Below are positions 50,908-62,950 of a DNA stretch of 64,000 nt, piece after piece. Source of the DNA: Chiloscyllium plagiosum (Eukaryota); NCBI RefSeq assembly GCF_004010195.1, contig NC_057719.1, positions 79,345,678 to 79,409,677 on the forward strand, given 5' to 3'. The number at the start of each line of letters is the position of its first letter. Positions within the stretch are counted from its first letter, which is position 1. Made by a program: the position numbers and the translations under genes. The notes under the pieces are model-generated. The model ran no database searches, was not told the DNA's origin, and worked only from the letters and a program-made list of their open reading frames with translations.

Positions 50908-51318
50908 TACTGTATATACTTGAGTAATAGTCAAAATTTAAGGTTAAATTTATGGAATTGATTATTACATGGATACTACTTTTGAGGGGCTTAAATTCAT
51001 GCCAATCAAAATTCATACCTATCATTAGCAGAAACCCAATTGATCTCTAAACGAATAAGTTTAAAAAATGAAAACTCCAGAGTGTAACACAACAGCCAAC
51101 AGACTGGAAGACCAGGAGTGGAACTGAACAACCAGCAGACTGGACAGCTGGAGTGGGACATGACGGCTGGCACACTGACTCATAAATGTTGATCTATTAT
51201 CTGTGAAGATGTAGGGTTGAATTTTACACGAGATGCATGGAAAATTCCGGGGTATTTGGCCAAAAATAAGGGGTCGACGTTTTACATGAGATCGACTATT
51301 ACTCGAGTATAAACGGTG
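50908..51318. mobile_element. Tc1/mariner-superfamily MITE
   Basis: TIRs tactgtatatacttgagtaatagtcaa / tcgactattactcgagtataaacggtg. Confidence 0.8.
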
Positions 51319-51884
51319 TTTCCTTTTCTCAAGCTGTGTGTCTCACTGCCTCTGAATTAGAGATTATGATTTCAGGCCCACTCAGAATTTGAGCACGTAA
51401 TTGAGACTGATACGCCAAGTATAATACCGAGGGAGGGCTGCACCAACCGAGATGCTGATGTCAAAATGATCTGGGTGCAAAGCAACTCCATTGAACTATT
51501 TTTGAATAGGGGCAGAGAGGTTTTCCCAGTGCCTTTCTCCCTCCTCAAACAAGACTGAAACCGCTGATCACACATTGGCTGTGGAAATACTGACTACATT
51601 TCACCAAAGGTGTTCATTGGCTGTAATGTGCTTAAGGAATTCCTGACCTTGCGTAAGGCACTAGAGAAATGCAGGGTCTTTCTCTCCCCTGAAAGCATGG
51701 GGTTCATTACTTCTGAATGTTACCAAGATCTTGTCTTGATCCTCAGGAAGTGCTCAAGGAGGAAGGTCCCACGCAGGATCCCACTCTTAAACCGATTTTC
51801 CCAATCATTCCCCATGCTATACCCCGTCTTTTGTTGGGTGATACCTGTGCTAACTCCTCCATCCTGTCCAATACAGGCTCAACT

Positions 51885-52118
51885 AGGAGATAGTGAGGAT
51901 TGCAGATGCTGGAGATCAGAGTTGAGAACGTAGTGCTGGAAAAGCACAACAGGTCAGGCAGCATCCAAGGAGCAGGAGAATCGACATTTCAGGCATAATC
52001 CCTTCATCAGGAAGCTCTTCGTTCCTGATGAAGAGCTTACGCAGGAAACATCGATTCTCCTGCTTCTCGGATGTTGCCTGACCTGCTGTGCTTTTCCAGC
52101 ACCATGCTCTTCACTCTC
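51885..52118. mobile_element. Head-to-head inverted pair of Penelope-derived termini
   Basis: ...cttcatcaggaa gctcttcg ttcctgatgaag... with approx. 95-bp complementary arms. Confidence 0.85.
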
Positions 52119-52439
52119 TATATGTCAACAGTGCTTGGATCAATCCAGCTCAGACACCCTGCCAGCCCCTAGCACCAGAAACTCTGCCTTTCCTGAAGGC
52201 AGTTCAGATTCTCCGTGTGAAAGTCACACGTTGGCTTTCAATAAGACTGGGGTTGGAACAGTCAAGTGATTTTTGACTTGATGGGCCGAAGGGCCTTTAT
52301 CAGTGCTGTCGACCTCTATGACCAGAAAGTTGCTGGATTCTCATAAAAACCCAAGTGGGTCACTGGGAAGGAAGCTTTCTGTGCTACTGGGTCTGGCCTG
52401 TTGAGTTCTTAGAAATGACAACCTAAGAAGACTTTTTTT

Positions 52440-53390
52440 CAGTGTGGGCACCAATGGCAAGGCTAGCACTTGTAATCCATTATTGCCCTGGAAAAGATGG
52501 TAGTGAGCTGCCTTCTCGATCTGTGATAGTCTTTAGTGTGTAGGTGCACCCACATATGGTTGGAGAGGGAATTCTACAATTCTAAACTGTGAAAGAAAGG
52601 TGATATATTTCCAAGTCAGATTTGTGCATAATTTGGAAGTGGCAGTGTTCCCATGTATCTGTTGGCTTGAACTTCCTGCTGGCAGAGGTCATGGCTTTGG
52701 AAGGTGCCATTGGAGAAGCCTAGGCAAATTACTGCAATGCATCTTTGAGATTGTACACAATGGCACCACTGTGTTTCAGTGGAGGGAGTGAATGTTAAGT
52801 ATTGGATGTGGTGCCAAACATACAGGCCGATTTGGACTGGATGGTGCCAAGTTTCTTGATTATTGTTGGAGCTGCACCCATCCTGGCAAATGGAGAGTAT
52901 TCTATCACACTCCTGACTTGTGCCTTCTAAATAGTGAAAAGGTATTGGGGTGCAGAATTTGTAGTCTCTGACCTGTTTTTGTCACTGCAATATTTATTTA
53001 ATTATTCCAATTCAGTTTCTGATGAATGGGAAACCCCAGATTCAGCTAAGTTAATGCCATTGAATGTCAATGATTAGATTCTCGTTTGTTGGAGATGGTC
53101 ATTGTCTGGAACGTCTGTGGCATGAATGACACTTGCCACTGATCAGCCCAAACCTGAATATTGTCCAGATCCTGTTGCATTTGAAACATGAACAACTTCA
53201 CTATCTGAGGAGTTGTGAATGGTGCTCAACACTGTACAATCGTCAGTGAACATCCCACTTCTGACTTTATGATGGTGGGGAATAATAGCTGAAGCAGCTC
53301 TGGATGGTTGGGCCTAAGACACTGCTCTGAGGAGGTCCTGAATTGAAATGATTGGCCTGCAGGAACCACAACCATCTCTCTTTGTGCAGG
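52440..53390 (-). mobile_element. CR1/Zenon-like LINE fragment
   Basis: GPPQSSVLGPTIQSCF RT motif; collinear with 20100-21290. More 5' pieces at about 55760-56450 (-) and 36540-37610 (+). Confidence 0.75.
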
Positions 53391-53997
53391 GGCCACAGAG
53401 AGAAATTATAGGCCCGAGTGCTTCCATTTCTGAGCCCCATATTCCCAGCCTCAACAACACCACAATAATACATGTTATTTTCTCCCTTTCAAGATACATC
53501 AATCAATTCACCTCGCAATCACTGAATGATCCTAGCAAAACAAAAATACTCATTGTTGGCATTTGGGTGTAAGCATTGTCTGATTTATATGCAGCATGGA
53601 ATATTAGTGGCCCCACCATGACTATGAAAGAAAGCAAGCTCAAATTCCATTTTAGAAGCATTGTGCAATATTCTTAATTCAATATATAAATCCCCTATTA
53701 TTGATTGATAACACTGTACAGACAATGACTGCCTTATTAAAATGTTGATATGCTGTTCTGACACTGAATTCACACTTGGGGACAGAGATTCGATAATGGC
53801 AACCTACTTTCCAGAAAACCCTCTCAGGATTTGTTTTACATATTTTGACTTCCTATTCTACAGCAGAAAAGGAAGACTAGCTTCAGGCTGCAGTTTGGCA
53901 TTGTCTCATAGTTGGGGAGCCATCAAAGACGGGGGAGGGGGGTGGAAAAGAGAAAGAGAAGGAGGGACGGTCTGCTTCATTTGCTGCTACCTCATCC

Positions 53998-54326
53998 TGG
54001 CACAGTGGCTCAGTGTTTAGCACTGCTGCCTCACAGCGCCAGAGACCCAGGTTCGACTCCAGCCTCTGGCGACTGTCTGTGTGGAGTTTGCACATTCTCC
54101 CTGTGTCTGCGTGGGTTTCCTTCAGGTGCTCCAATTTCCCCTCTCAGTCCAAAGGTTAGGTGCTAAATTGCCCACCGTGTCCAGGGATGTGTAGATTAGG
54201 TGCAATAGTCAGGGGTAAAGGTAGTGTAATGGAGAATGGGCTTGGGTGGGATACTCTTTGGTGGGTTGGTGTGGACTTGTTAGGCCGAGGGCCTGTTTCC
54301 ACGTTGGAGGGATTCTATGATTCTAT
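53998..54326 (+). mobile_element. HE1-like SINE
   Basis: Head, body and tail gattctatgattcta. Short tail-only pieces also occur at 1-70, about 11570-11700, 28535-28678, 38870-38935 and 63356-63427. Confidence 0.85.
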
Positions 54327-54637
54327 CCCTTCAGGAACACCGCACTCACCTTGCTCAGGCTGACTCCATATCACTCCGAGCGAAGTTACAGGTCCCTGGG
54401 AGTGGCCGTGCTGTGGAGACAATTGACAGCCCGCTCTAGCCCTGGTATGAGGTTGAGTGATCCCTCCCTTGGCATGGGCAGTCTCTGGTGTTGGTACCGG
54501 CGGTGACTCCCTCCTTTCCCTTTGTTTCCTTGGCGTCCCGGGACATGTTTGGTGCAGCTAAGAAGTCCCTGCCTGGTGGGAGCGACCTTGTCCACTAAGC
54601 TTTACAGATGTGGGAAAACGTGTCAGTCACCGCAAAT

Positions 54638-55223
54638 ACAGTCTGTTCCTCTGTGATGCAATAGTTGCAGTCTTGAAAATCCCGCAATAGGAATAATGAG
54701 ACCTCTGAGGGAAAATAGGGTTAGGGGGTGGACCACCAAAAATATCAGCAAAAATTGTAACAAAAGTAGTAGTTAGCTTAAAACAAACAATAGCACAGTC
54801 TAAGTAAATCTTAAAATGAGATATTTTAATGAAATAACACAATACATTTAACGTTTTCTTTTCCCTGAAAACCTGGAAGGTAATTTGAAAGGGTTTCTGA
54901 GCTTGCTGAGTTACAGTGCTGCGCAGTACAGAGCTATATTTTTGCAACTTTGTCCTTCCATATTCATGGAAAACAGCGAGATTTGCAAAAAAAAAAGGAC
55001 CGAAAATTACTGAGTACAGCACTGTTCAGGACTGCGTGAGCCAACTGACCATGTGATCTGGACGCAAGTCCAGACCTCAGTGTACCAGGATACCTAGTGC
55101 CGGGAGTGGAATCACGTAATAGCCAACAGGAGTTTGCGTTTTTAAAAAATCGTTCCCCAATTCACTAATCGCGTTTCAGCTAAATTGCGTTGACGAAACG
55201 CGCAATTTAGGAGCACAATCTGT
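54638..55223. mobile_element. Tigger-like non-autonomous DNA transposon
   Basis: Starts tacagtctgttcc, ends ttgcgttgacgaaacgcgcaatttaggagcacaatctg; a shorter relative lies at 7194-7412. Confidence 0.55.
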
Positions 55224-58055
55224 TCTGAAGATTCAAAGTCCACGCATCCTTCCCTGTTGAAGTAGACAACGGCTGCATTTTCGCCCATCTCCCCCTGTAG
55301 TTGCAATGGCGAATGATGCTTTGAAGCGTACCCATCAGTGGATTATGATGAGCGCATGAGCTCAAGTTCTTGAGCACAGTGTTTTCTAAGAAGGAAAATA
55401 TGAAAGTCAGCTTCTCCAATTGCCCAATTTGTTTTTCCTAATATTATTGGCTGGAAACTTGGCTGCTTTATTTCATAAATGTGCCAAGTTGTTCCAAAGA
55501 CTTCAGATTGATTCGTTTTTTTTCTAAATGGGTGAATCTTCAGACCTTTAAAATCGGTTCCAATTAAATGAAAGCCTTACGTTTATTTTTCCAAGTTTTT
55601 TTTTGTTGCTTAAATCCTGTTCCAAACATAGGGAAAATGATCACTTTGTAAATGATAAAAAGACGGCACGCTTTCACAGAAAGAGATGGAAAACGTGCTG
55701 TGTACGTTCCAAAGTCAAAATTAAAAATAAGGCAAAATAAAATGCAATAACGCAATGTTTCAGATAGTCTGGTAGATGCCCATGTTGTAGCTGTACTGGA
55801 ATAGCTTGGCTAGGGGTGTGACTAGTTCTGGAGCCCACAGTATCAGTGTTACAGCTGGAATGTTGTCGCAGTTCTATAGTCTTTACTGGATCCAGGGTCT
55901 TCAGTCGTTTCTTGATATGACACGGAGTGAATTGAGTTGGCTGAAGACTAGTATCTCTGATGCAAAGTGATATTCTCCATCCAGAACAGTTTCTGTGCCT
56001 TGGTACCCTCTGTCCTTCCTCCAAGTGATGCTTGACACTGAGGAGAACTGGTTCACCAGCTGGTGGATGGTGGTCAGCAGGTCCCTTGCCCATATTTGAC
56101 CTGATGCCATGTGAGTTGAGGCATTTGAAACAATGTTGAGGACTCCGGGGGCACAGTCTATCTACTGTACACCACTGTGCCATCAGCTTTAATGGGTCTG
56201 CCTTGTCAGGACATAGCCAGGGACATATACTGACAGTATGAGACAGGAAACCTGATTTATCGAGTATGCCCTGGTCAGGCTGTTACTTGATTAGTCTTTG
56301 GGTCTGTGCTCCCAATTTTGGCACAAGTCTGTAGATGACAGTGAGGAGGACCTTGCAGGGCTGACTGGGCCAAGGTTGAGGCCATGTTGTCCATCCAGTT
56401 TTATTCTTTCTCAGCTTCTCTGTTGTTGATGCAATTGAATGGCTTGGAGTCAGGTGCAGATCAGACTGCTTACGGACAGCAGATTTCCTTCCCTGATAGA
56501 CATTTTTGACCCCAGTCCCACCCCATCATGGATATCCCTTACATCGCTCTGTATTGGGCAGAGCAAGCCACTGATTAGCAACAAGACCTGCAATCATTCA
56601 AGAAGCGCATTCACCATCACCTTCGCATCTCGGGTTGGTCAGCAAATGGTGGCTTTGCCAGTGATTCCAATGTTCCCAAGAATGGGTGTGTGTGAGTGGT
56701 TCAGCGCTACAAGCCACTAGGCTGCTTCCAAGCTGCTCCAATTTTGGAGCCGCTTCCCAGAGACCGCTGATTACAGTAGCTGCATTTCTAGATCAGGGAC
56801 ATGTAGATGGATGAGGGAAAGTGACATTGTCTTTGGAGGTGGTGCAGCACACATTTACCACAGTGATGCTGAGGCTAAAATAGATTAAATCATGAAGACA
56901 GTTCAGAGTAACCCTTGGCAGTGTCAGTTGTAGTGCAGTTGATCATCTCTCAGTCAGAATGTTATCAGTTCGATTCCTGTGTCCAGGGTAGAATTTTATA
57001 GTGCAAGTAGGATGTGGTCTCTCCTTCCCTATTGCCACTAGAAGAGAAGCCCGTGGCTGGAGAAAGTGGCCATGGTGCACTATGGGTGGACTATATAGAT
57101 TCAGAGTGGGGCTGCCATGAGTGGATGATGTGAGACTGCATCAAGCAGAAGACCCCATGGATCCCCCATGTGAGAGAAGTTTGTGCATTGGGTGGGCTTA
57201 TGGTAGGGATGATTGGCATGTGGGTATTGGGGAGCAGATGGGTAAGAAACTAAGTGTGGGCTATGATCTTTTGGGAGGATGCCCCACCACATGAGGGTAT
57301 CCCACTATTACTTCCAGGCAGGCCCCCGGCTCTCAGCATTTGAACACACCCCCGGTCTTCAGTGGCCAATTCATGAAACCAAGAGACCATGGAATGAACA
57401 AAAATGATATTGGTTTGAACTCTATCCTATTTTTAAAAAATATATAAATTATATACTACATAATGCTGTTAGTTGTGGCAACTTGTACACATCTTATTGT
57501 ATTTTCACAAATACAAGTAACAAATTTCTATCTACCTACCCTTTTGAGTACTTGAAAGAAGGTTCCCCAATTCCTCCATTACTCCCAATGCCAAACATAC
57601 TATAGTGTAAGCTGTGTATTGTTGAGGTCAGTTGTCTTGTTAGCAAACTCAATTTAACGTGAGTTATTTTTAAAAATATGGATGATGTGGAGGTGCCAGT
57701 GTTGGATTGGGGTGGATAAAGTCAGAAGTCACGCGACACCAGGTTATAGTCCAATGGGTTTATTTGAAATCACATTTGTGTGACTTCTGCCTTTTAAATA
57801 TGGAAGGCGGACAGCCAGTCTTAGTGACCCGTTCCCATCTACCCTGACCTTGGGGGGTGGGGGGTGGGCTGGGAAGGTGTTAAAGCTGGGCACCAATCTA
57901 TTTTACATTGTCCGCTTCCACCCTGCCATAAATGCTCCCTGGATCAGACTTTCCTCTCTGGACCAACATCAACAGACTGGCATTATCTGTTTGAACGGCG
58001 GAGAGGGTTTCTCCGTTCCAATCCTAGCTACACTTCTATCTTTTGTTCCTTGCAG

Positions 58056-58187
58056 GAAATAGCAAAGCACTTTGATGCCAGCCAGGAGGGTTATGAGGTG
58101 ATTGAAGAAGCTATAGACACCATGACAGGCGTGGCCTGGTATATCAATGACATGAAGAGGAAACACGAGCACTCTATCCGACTGCAG
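58056..58187 (+). CDS. PLEKHG3: RhoGEF exon, end of DH domain ([44 protein letters not shown])
   Basis: ttccttgcAG acceptor, CAG|GTATTT donor; 132 nt, phase 0 to 0. Confidence 0.96.
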
Positions 58188-58984
58188 GTATTTAACATCT
58201 CCATCAGGGTTGACCTATACTGAGTCTTTCACTCATACACAAAGTGGGTCAGTTTTGTCTCTCACTGTCCCACCAATCCAATCCCTATCCTCCTATATTA
58301 TTGATTGCAGGACAGATTTTTAAGCGGAGTCCACAACTCCAAACTCTCCTTGAGAGAAAACCAGCTACTGAGATGGTAATGGAGGCAGTTGAAGGGGTTG
58401 GCCAACATGCTGGATGGCCTTTGTCCATTCACTGGAGAATTGGGCCACTTATAGTCATGACAAGCAGGTACTCAAACCTCACTCACCCTTTACTCCTTCT
58501 CATGAACCCCATATCCCTCTGACTCCAATGTCCTCCATATCTCCACGCATTCTCATGTGTCCCAGTATCCACCATGTACAAAGCCAGGGAGCCATTGGCA
58601 AGCTTGGTAGGTCTTTAAATGCTTGTGAAATTAACATAACAAGCTTTGCAATTTACTGTGGAAAGCTTCTCAGCTTACTCATTCAGCTCACAGGTATTCA
58701 CATTATCGATGACAAAAAGTCTTTATCCACTTCACCGTTCTCAATTTTGTGTAGGTATGCTCACAGGCATTTAGAGCATTTCTCAAAGAAATGACGGTAT
58801 TAGGTAATAAAAATGTCAATCACACAAAGTGCGGTGCGCAAGCTGTGAGTGCATTTGCCATTCTTTGACATTAACTAGTTGTTCCTAATGAGGCTATCTG
58901 GAAACGAAATTCACTTAAGTCTTGAAAAAAGATATTATGCGACATCTGTTTTGTCAGATCACTTCATTGTTTGAAAGTAAAACT

Positions 58985-59300
58985 GCATCTCTACTGCCGT
59001 TAAGCCAGCTGCCTCAGTAAACCTGCTGTCTGTGTTACTAATTATTCCTGATAGTAATCTAGTTACCTCACACGGTCACTCAGTAATCCTTATTCCTCTG
59101 TGTTACTGACTGCATCTCTCCTGATGTTAATCCAGCTCCTTCACGCTGTCACTCAGTAACCCCTCTCTCCCAGCATCCTGTGTTACTGATTGTATCTCTC
59201 CTGATGTCAATCCAGCTGCCCCACACTGCCACACAGTAGATACGCATCCCTCCACCACCACCAGCACCCTGTGTTACTGACTGTACCCCCTTCTGATGTT
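58985..59300. repeat. Degenerate approx. 70-90 bp minisatellite
   Basis: ctgtgttact(g/a) recurs at about 59031, 59098, 59178 and 59269, followed by cctgatg..aatccagct and cactcagtaa motifs. Confidence 0.8.
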
Positions 59301-59419
59301 TGGTGGAAGTGGGATGTGGAATAGGGATAAATAGTTTGGGTGGCCATGTTGCTCTTGAACATATTCCGCTTGTGTGACAGCTGTTTAAAGAGTGGGGAAC
59401 TTCATGTTTGTCTTCCCAG

Positions 59420-59602
59420 GAGGTACAGAGCTTGCTGATCAATTGGAATGGACCAGATCTGACAACGTACGGAGAGCTGGTCTTGGAAGGAACATTCCGG
59501 ATACACCGAGCCAAAAACGAACGCACTTTATTCCTGTTTGACAAAGTTCTACTGCTGGCCAAGAAAAGAGGAGAGCACTTCATTTACAAGACCCATATTA
59601 TG
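59420..59602 (+). CDS. PLEKHG3: RhoGEF exon, PH domain N-terminal part ([26 protein letters not shown]...[14 protein letters not shown])
   Basis: gtcttcccAG acceptor, ATG|GTACCT donor; 183 nt, phase 0 to 0. Confidence 0.94.
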
Positions 59603-60155
59603 GTACCTGACATGTTTACAGATAAGTTGAAGGAATTAAAGATACCTTGAAATAACTGATACCTAAGAGTTAGTTATAGACTAGGACATAATCAAGGGGT
59701 TCAAATGGTTTTAATATGGAATAATGGATGCCTGGGAGTGAGGTACAGACTGGAATCGAATTGCCTTGTTGAGATGTGAGGAACCTATGCAGAGCATTAT
59801 TCAGTGCTGTGCGGTGCAGTTTTTTTACTAATGCAGGAGAAACCATGACCCACATGAAGACAGGAATTTTGAGGCTAAGTGCTGCTAATGTCAGCAATGG
59901 ATACCAGTGGCGACCAATTTACTCAGGGGTCCTGATCTGAATGAGCCAGCATTTGAACAGACACTACGGTTTTGTACATCTAGCTTATGTTGAGGTGGAA
60001 ATTGAGTTGTGAGGAACGGTCACTCAACCCAAAATGTTAACTCTGACTTCTTTCCACAGATGCTACCAGACCTGATGAGCTTTTCCAGCAATTTCTATTT
60101 TTGGTTCTGGAAATTGAATTATAATAGATTTTTTTTCTCTCTCTTTTTCTAACAG

Positions 60156-60248
60156 TGTTCCGCACTGATGTTAATTGAAAGCACCAGAGACTCTCTCTGC
60201 TTCGGACTGTCTCATTACAAGAACCCAAAACAGCAGCACACTGTCCAG
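60156..60248 (+). CDS. PLEKHG3: RhoGEF PH domain exon (CSALMLIESTRDSLCFGLSHYKNPKQQHTVQ)
   Basis: Strong pyrimidine tract + aacAG acceptor, CAG|GTATGA donor; 93 nt. LMLIESTRDSLCF matches my recollection of PLEKHG3 rather than PLEKHG1/2. The gene must continue beyond the window. Confidence 0.92.
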
Positions 60249-62129
60249 GTATGAAACATACAATGCTTTGAGAGTGATAGCAACTCTCAGACCGTCCCTT
60301 CCACTTGTCTTAGAGCGTACTGGTGTGATTGTGAGCAAAATTTCTGATGTTGACATTTGCCCGCTACATGTGCACATATGTGCACGCATACACAGACATG
60401 TAATGAATTTCATCTTTACTCTGTGTGATTGTGTAGCTTCACTGGATGCCAAGTTAAGTCTTTTTTTTTTAACCCCTCTTTCCCATAATGCTTCTACACC
60501 ACTGATGTTTAAAAGAAAAATTTAGCAAGTTTTGTGGAGAGCAGGAATTTTTCCCAGAGCTTTGGGTATATTTTGTATCCTGTTTCAATAAAACACAATT
60601 AATATTTGCTTTGGACTGGCCTTTCTTTTTCCTCCTTCCAGAGAGATTATAGAGTTGCCTAGTGTGATGCTAAACCAGGCATTAAAATAGACCCAGACTG
60701 CGTCTGCAGGGTATATGGTCGGGCCAGACACAGTTGAGACTTTGTACTTCCTTGTGTGTTGATGGTTAAGGTGATCTAATCAATGTAGGGCTTAAAAGGG
60801 TAGAAGAACAATCTCACACAGTCCAGGAATCTAGAAGAAGGGGATATAACCTTAAGGCCATTCAGGGGTCATGACAGAAATCATTTCTTCATATAAAAGA
60901 CACTATTGAAACCATACCACCCCCAAAAAATATCGTTTTGCACTCTGCATGTCAGTTTGGAGCTTTCAAGAGTGGGATTGATTGTTTTGTTTGATGGCTG
61001 TTTGAGGCACCTTTTACTGCACCAGTTGGCTGTTGTATATCTGACACCACTGCAATGTTGATACTTTGAAATGTTCTGTATTCAAGAAAGTTCTTTGTTC
61101 AGTGTTCAACAGCCCCATCTCTGTTAGATGGACAAATGCCACAGAGCGGTGTTTCAGCTGATCCTTGCAATCTCTATAATGGAATCCCACACAGGCATTG
61201 ATCTGTCATGGGTTTAGTTACCAGATCAACACCTTCAGTCAAAGGACGAAGACTATGAGGGATACGGATCGCTTTTGAGCGCAGCATCAGCATTCATTTC
61301 TCGGGATGCTGTCATCTTCCAGCAAGAGTTGAAGCATCGTTTACATTTCCCATCACCTTCGAGAGACTGTAAGACAGATGGATCCTAATTATGCCAGTGT
61401 TTAAAGGGTTAAATTGACTGAGATAAACATTTTTTTTGGTGGGTGAAGGTACCAAAGGATATGTGCTGAGACAGGAAAAAGGAGATGAGGTACTAAACAA
61501 ACAAGTGGAGGCAGTGACCCAGTGGTATTATCATTGGACTGTTAATCCAGAGACCCAGGTATGTTCGAATCCCGCCAGGACAGATGGCTTGAATTTGAAT
61601 TCAGTGCAAGTCTGGAACTAAGGATCTAATGATGAGCACCATTCCTGGTTAAGCCAGTATTTTTTTGCTCTTTCCAAAATATCTTTTTAAAGGTGACGAT
61701 GAGCTGCTGCCTTGAACAACTACAGTCAGTGGGGTGTAGGTGCATTATCTATACTACAGGATTTTGACCCAATCTCATTGAAGGAACAGCGGTACATTTC
61801 CAGTTCGGAATGGTCAGTGGCTTGGAGGGGAACCTGCAGGCAGTGCTGCCTCCATCAGTCCTAAGGCTTTCCTATTTTACCTGAAATTTGGTGCCCAGAC
61901 TCTTCACTGTACTCCAGCTGAGGCTTAATCAGTAATTTTTAAAAAATGGTTCTGCTGTTATCTTTGTAGTTGGGTCCTTGTTTTAAAAGCTCAAGTAACT
62001 CTTAGTTTATTAGCCACCTTATCACACTTCCCAACCACCTTTTTGGGATATTAATGCTAAAGTCGTTTTGCTCATCTCCACGTTTCAAACTTGCAGTTTA
62101 CCATTCCTCCAAAAGAACATCACTTGTTT

Positions 62130-62950
62130 TATTTATTATTCATTTGTGAGACTTGGCGTTGCTGGCTGGCTAGCATTTATTGCCCATTCCTAGTTACCCT
62201 GAGAAGGTGGTAGTGAGCTGTCTTCTTGAACCACTGCAGTCCACCTGCTGTGGGTTGACCTACATGCCCTTAGGGAGGGAAATCCAGGATTTTGACCCAG
62301 CGACAGTGAAGGAATGGCAATATATTTCCAAGTCATGACAGTGAGTGGCTTGGAGGGGAACTTGCAGGGGGTGGTGTTCCCATGTGTCTGCTGCCCTTGT
62401 CCTTCTAGATGGAAGTGGCTGTGGGTTTGGAAAGTGCTAACTGAGGATCTTTTGTTGAATTTCTGCAGCGCATCTTGTAGATAATACACATAGCTGCTAC
62501 TGAGTATTGGTGGTGGAGGGAGTGGATACTTGTGGATATAGTGCCACTCAAACAGGCTGCTTTGTCCTGCATTGTGTCAAGCTTCTTGAGTGTTATTGGA
62601 GCTGCACTCATCCAGGCAAGTGGGGAGTATTCCATCACACTCCTGACTTGTGCCTTGTAGATGGTGGACAGGCTATGGGGAAAAAACAATGACTGCAGAT
62701 GCTGGAAACCAGATTCTGGATTAGTGGTGCTGGAAGAGCACAGCAGTTCAGGCAGCATCCAAGGAGCAGCGAAATCGACGTTTCGGGCAAAAGCCATTCA
62801 TCAGGAGTCAGGAGGTGAATTACTTGCTGCAGCATTCCTAACCTGTAACATTCTTTTGTAGCCAGTCCAGTTGAGTTTCTCGTCAATAATAAACCCCCCC
62901 AGGAAGTTGATAGTGGAGGATTCAGTGATGGTAACACCATTGAATGTCAC
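62130..62950 (-). mobile_element. CR1/Zenon-like LINE 3' fragment
   Basis: LSTIYKAQVRSVMEYSPLAWMSAAPITLKKLDTMQDKAACL peptide plus the shared 3' tail. Confidence 0.8.
62681..62806 (-). mobile_element. Short Penelope-derived element with hammerhead core, nested in a LINE
   Basis: Minus strand reads CTGATGA-atggcttttgccc-GAAA-CGTC; host LINE sequence resumes on both sides. Confidence 0.8.

Noticed and set aside
58985..59300. Repeat-spacer appearance (CRISPR-like)
   Set aside because: Units are degenerate and the intervening parts are related to each other; eukaryotic intron, no cas genes.
17844..60248. Assignment to PLEKHG1 or PLEKHG2
   Set aside because: Some DH stretches resemble PLEKHG1 ([16 protein letters not shown]), but ETERMYVQDLRSIVE, EIAKHFD, the Asn run and LMLIESTRDSLCF favour PLEKHG3 from memory; phylogeny and synteny are needed to settle it.
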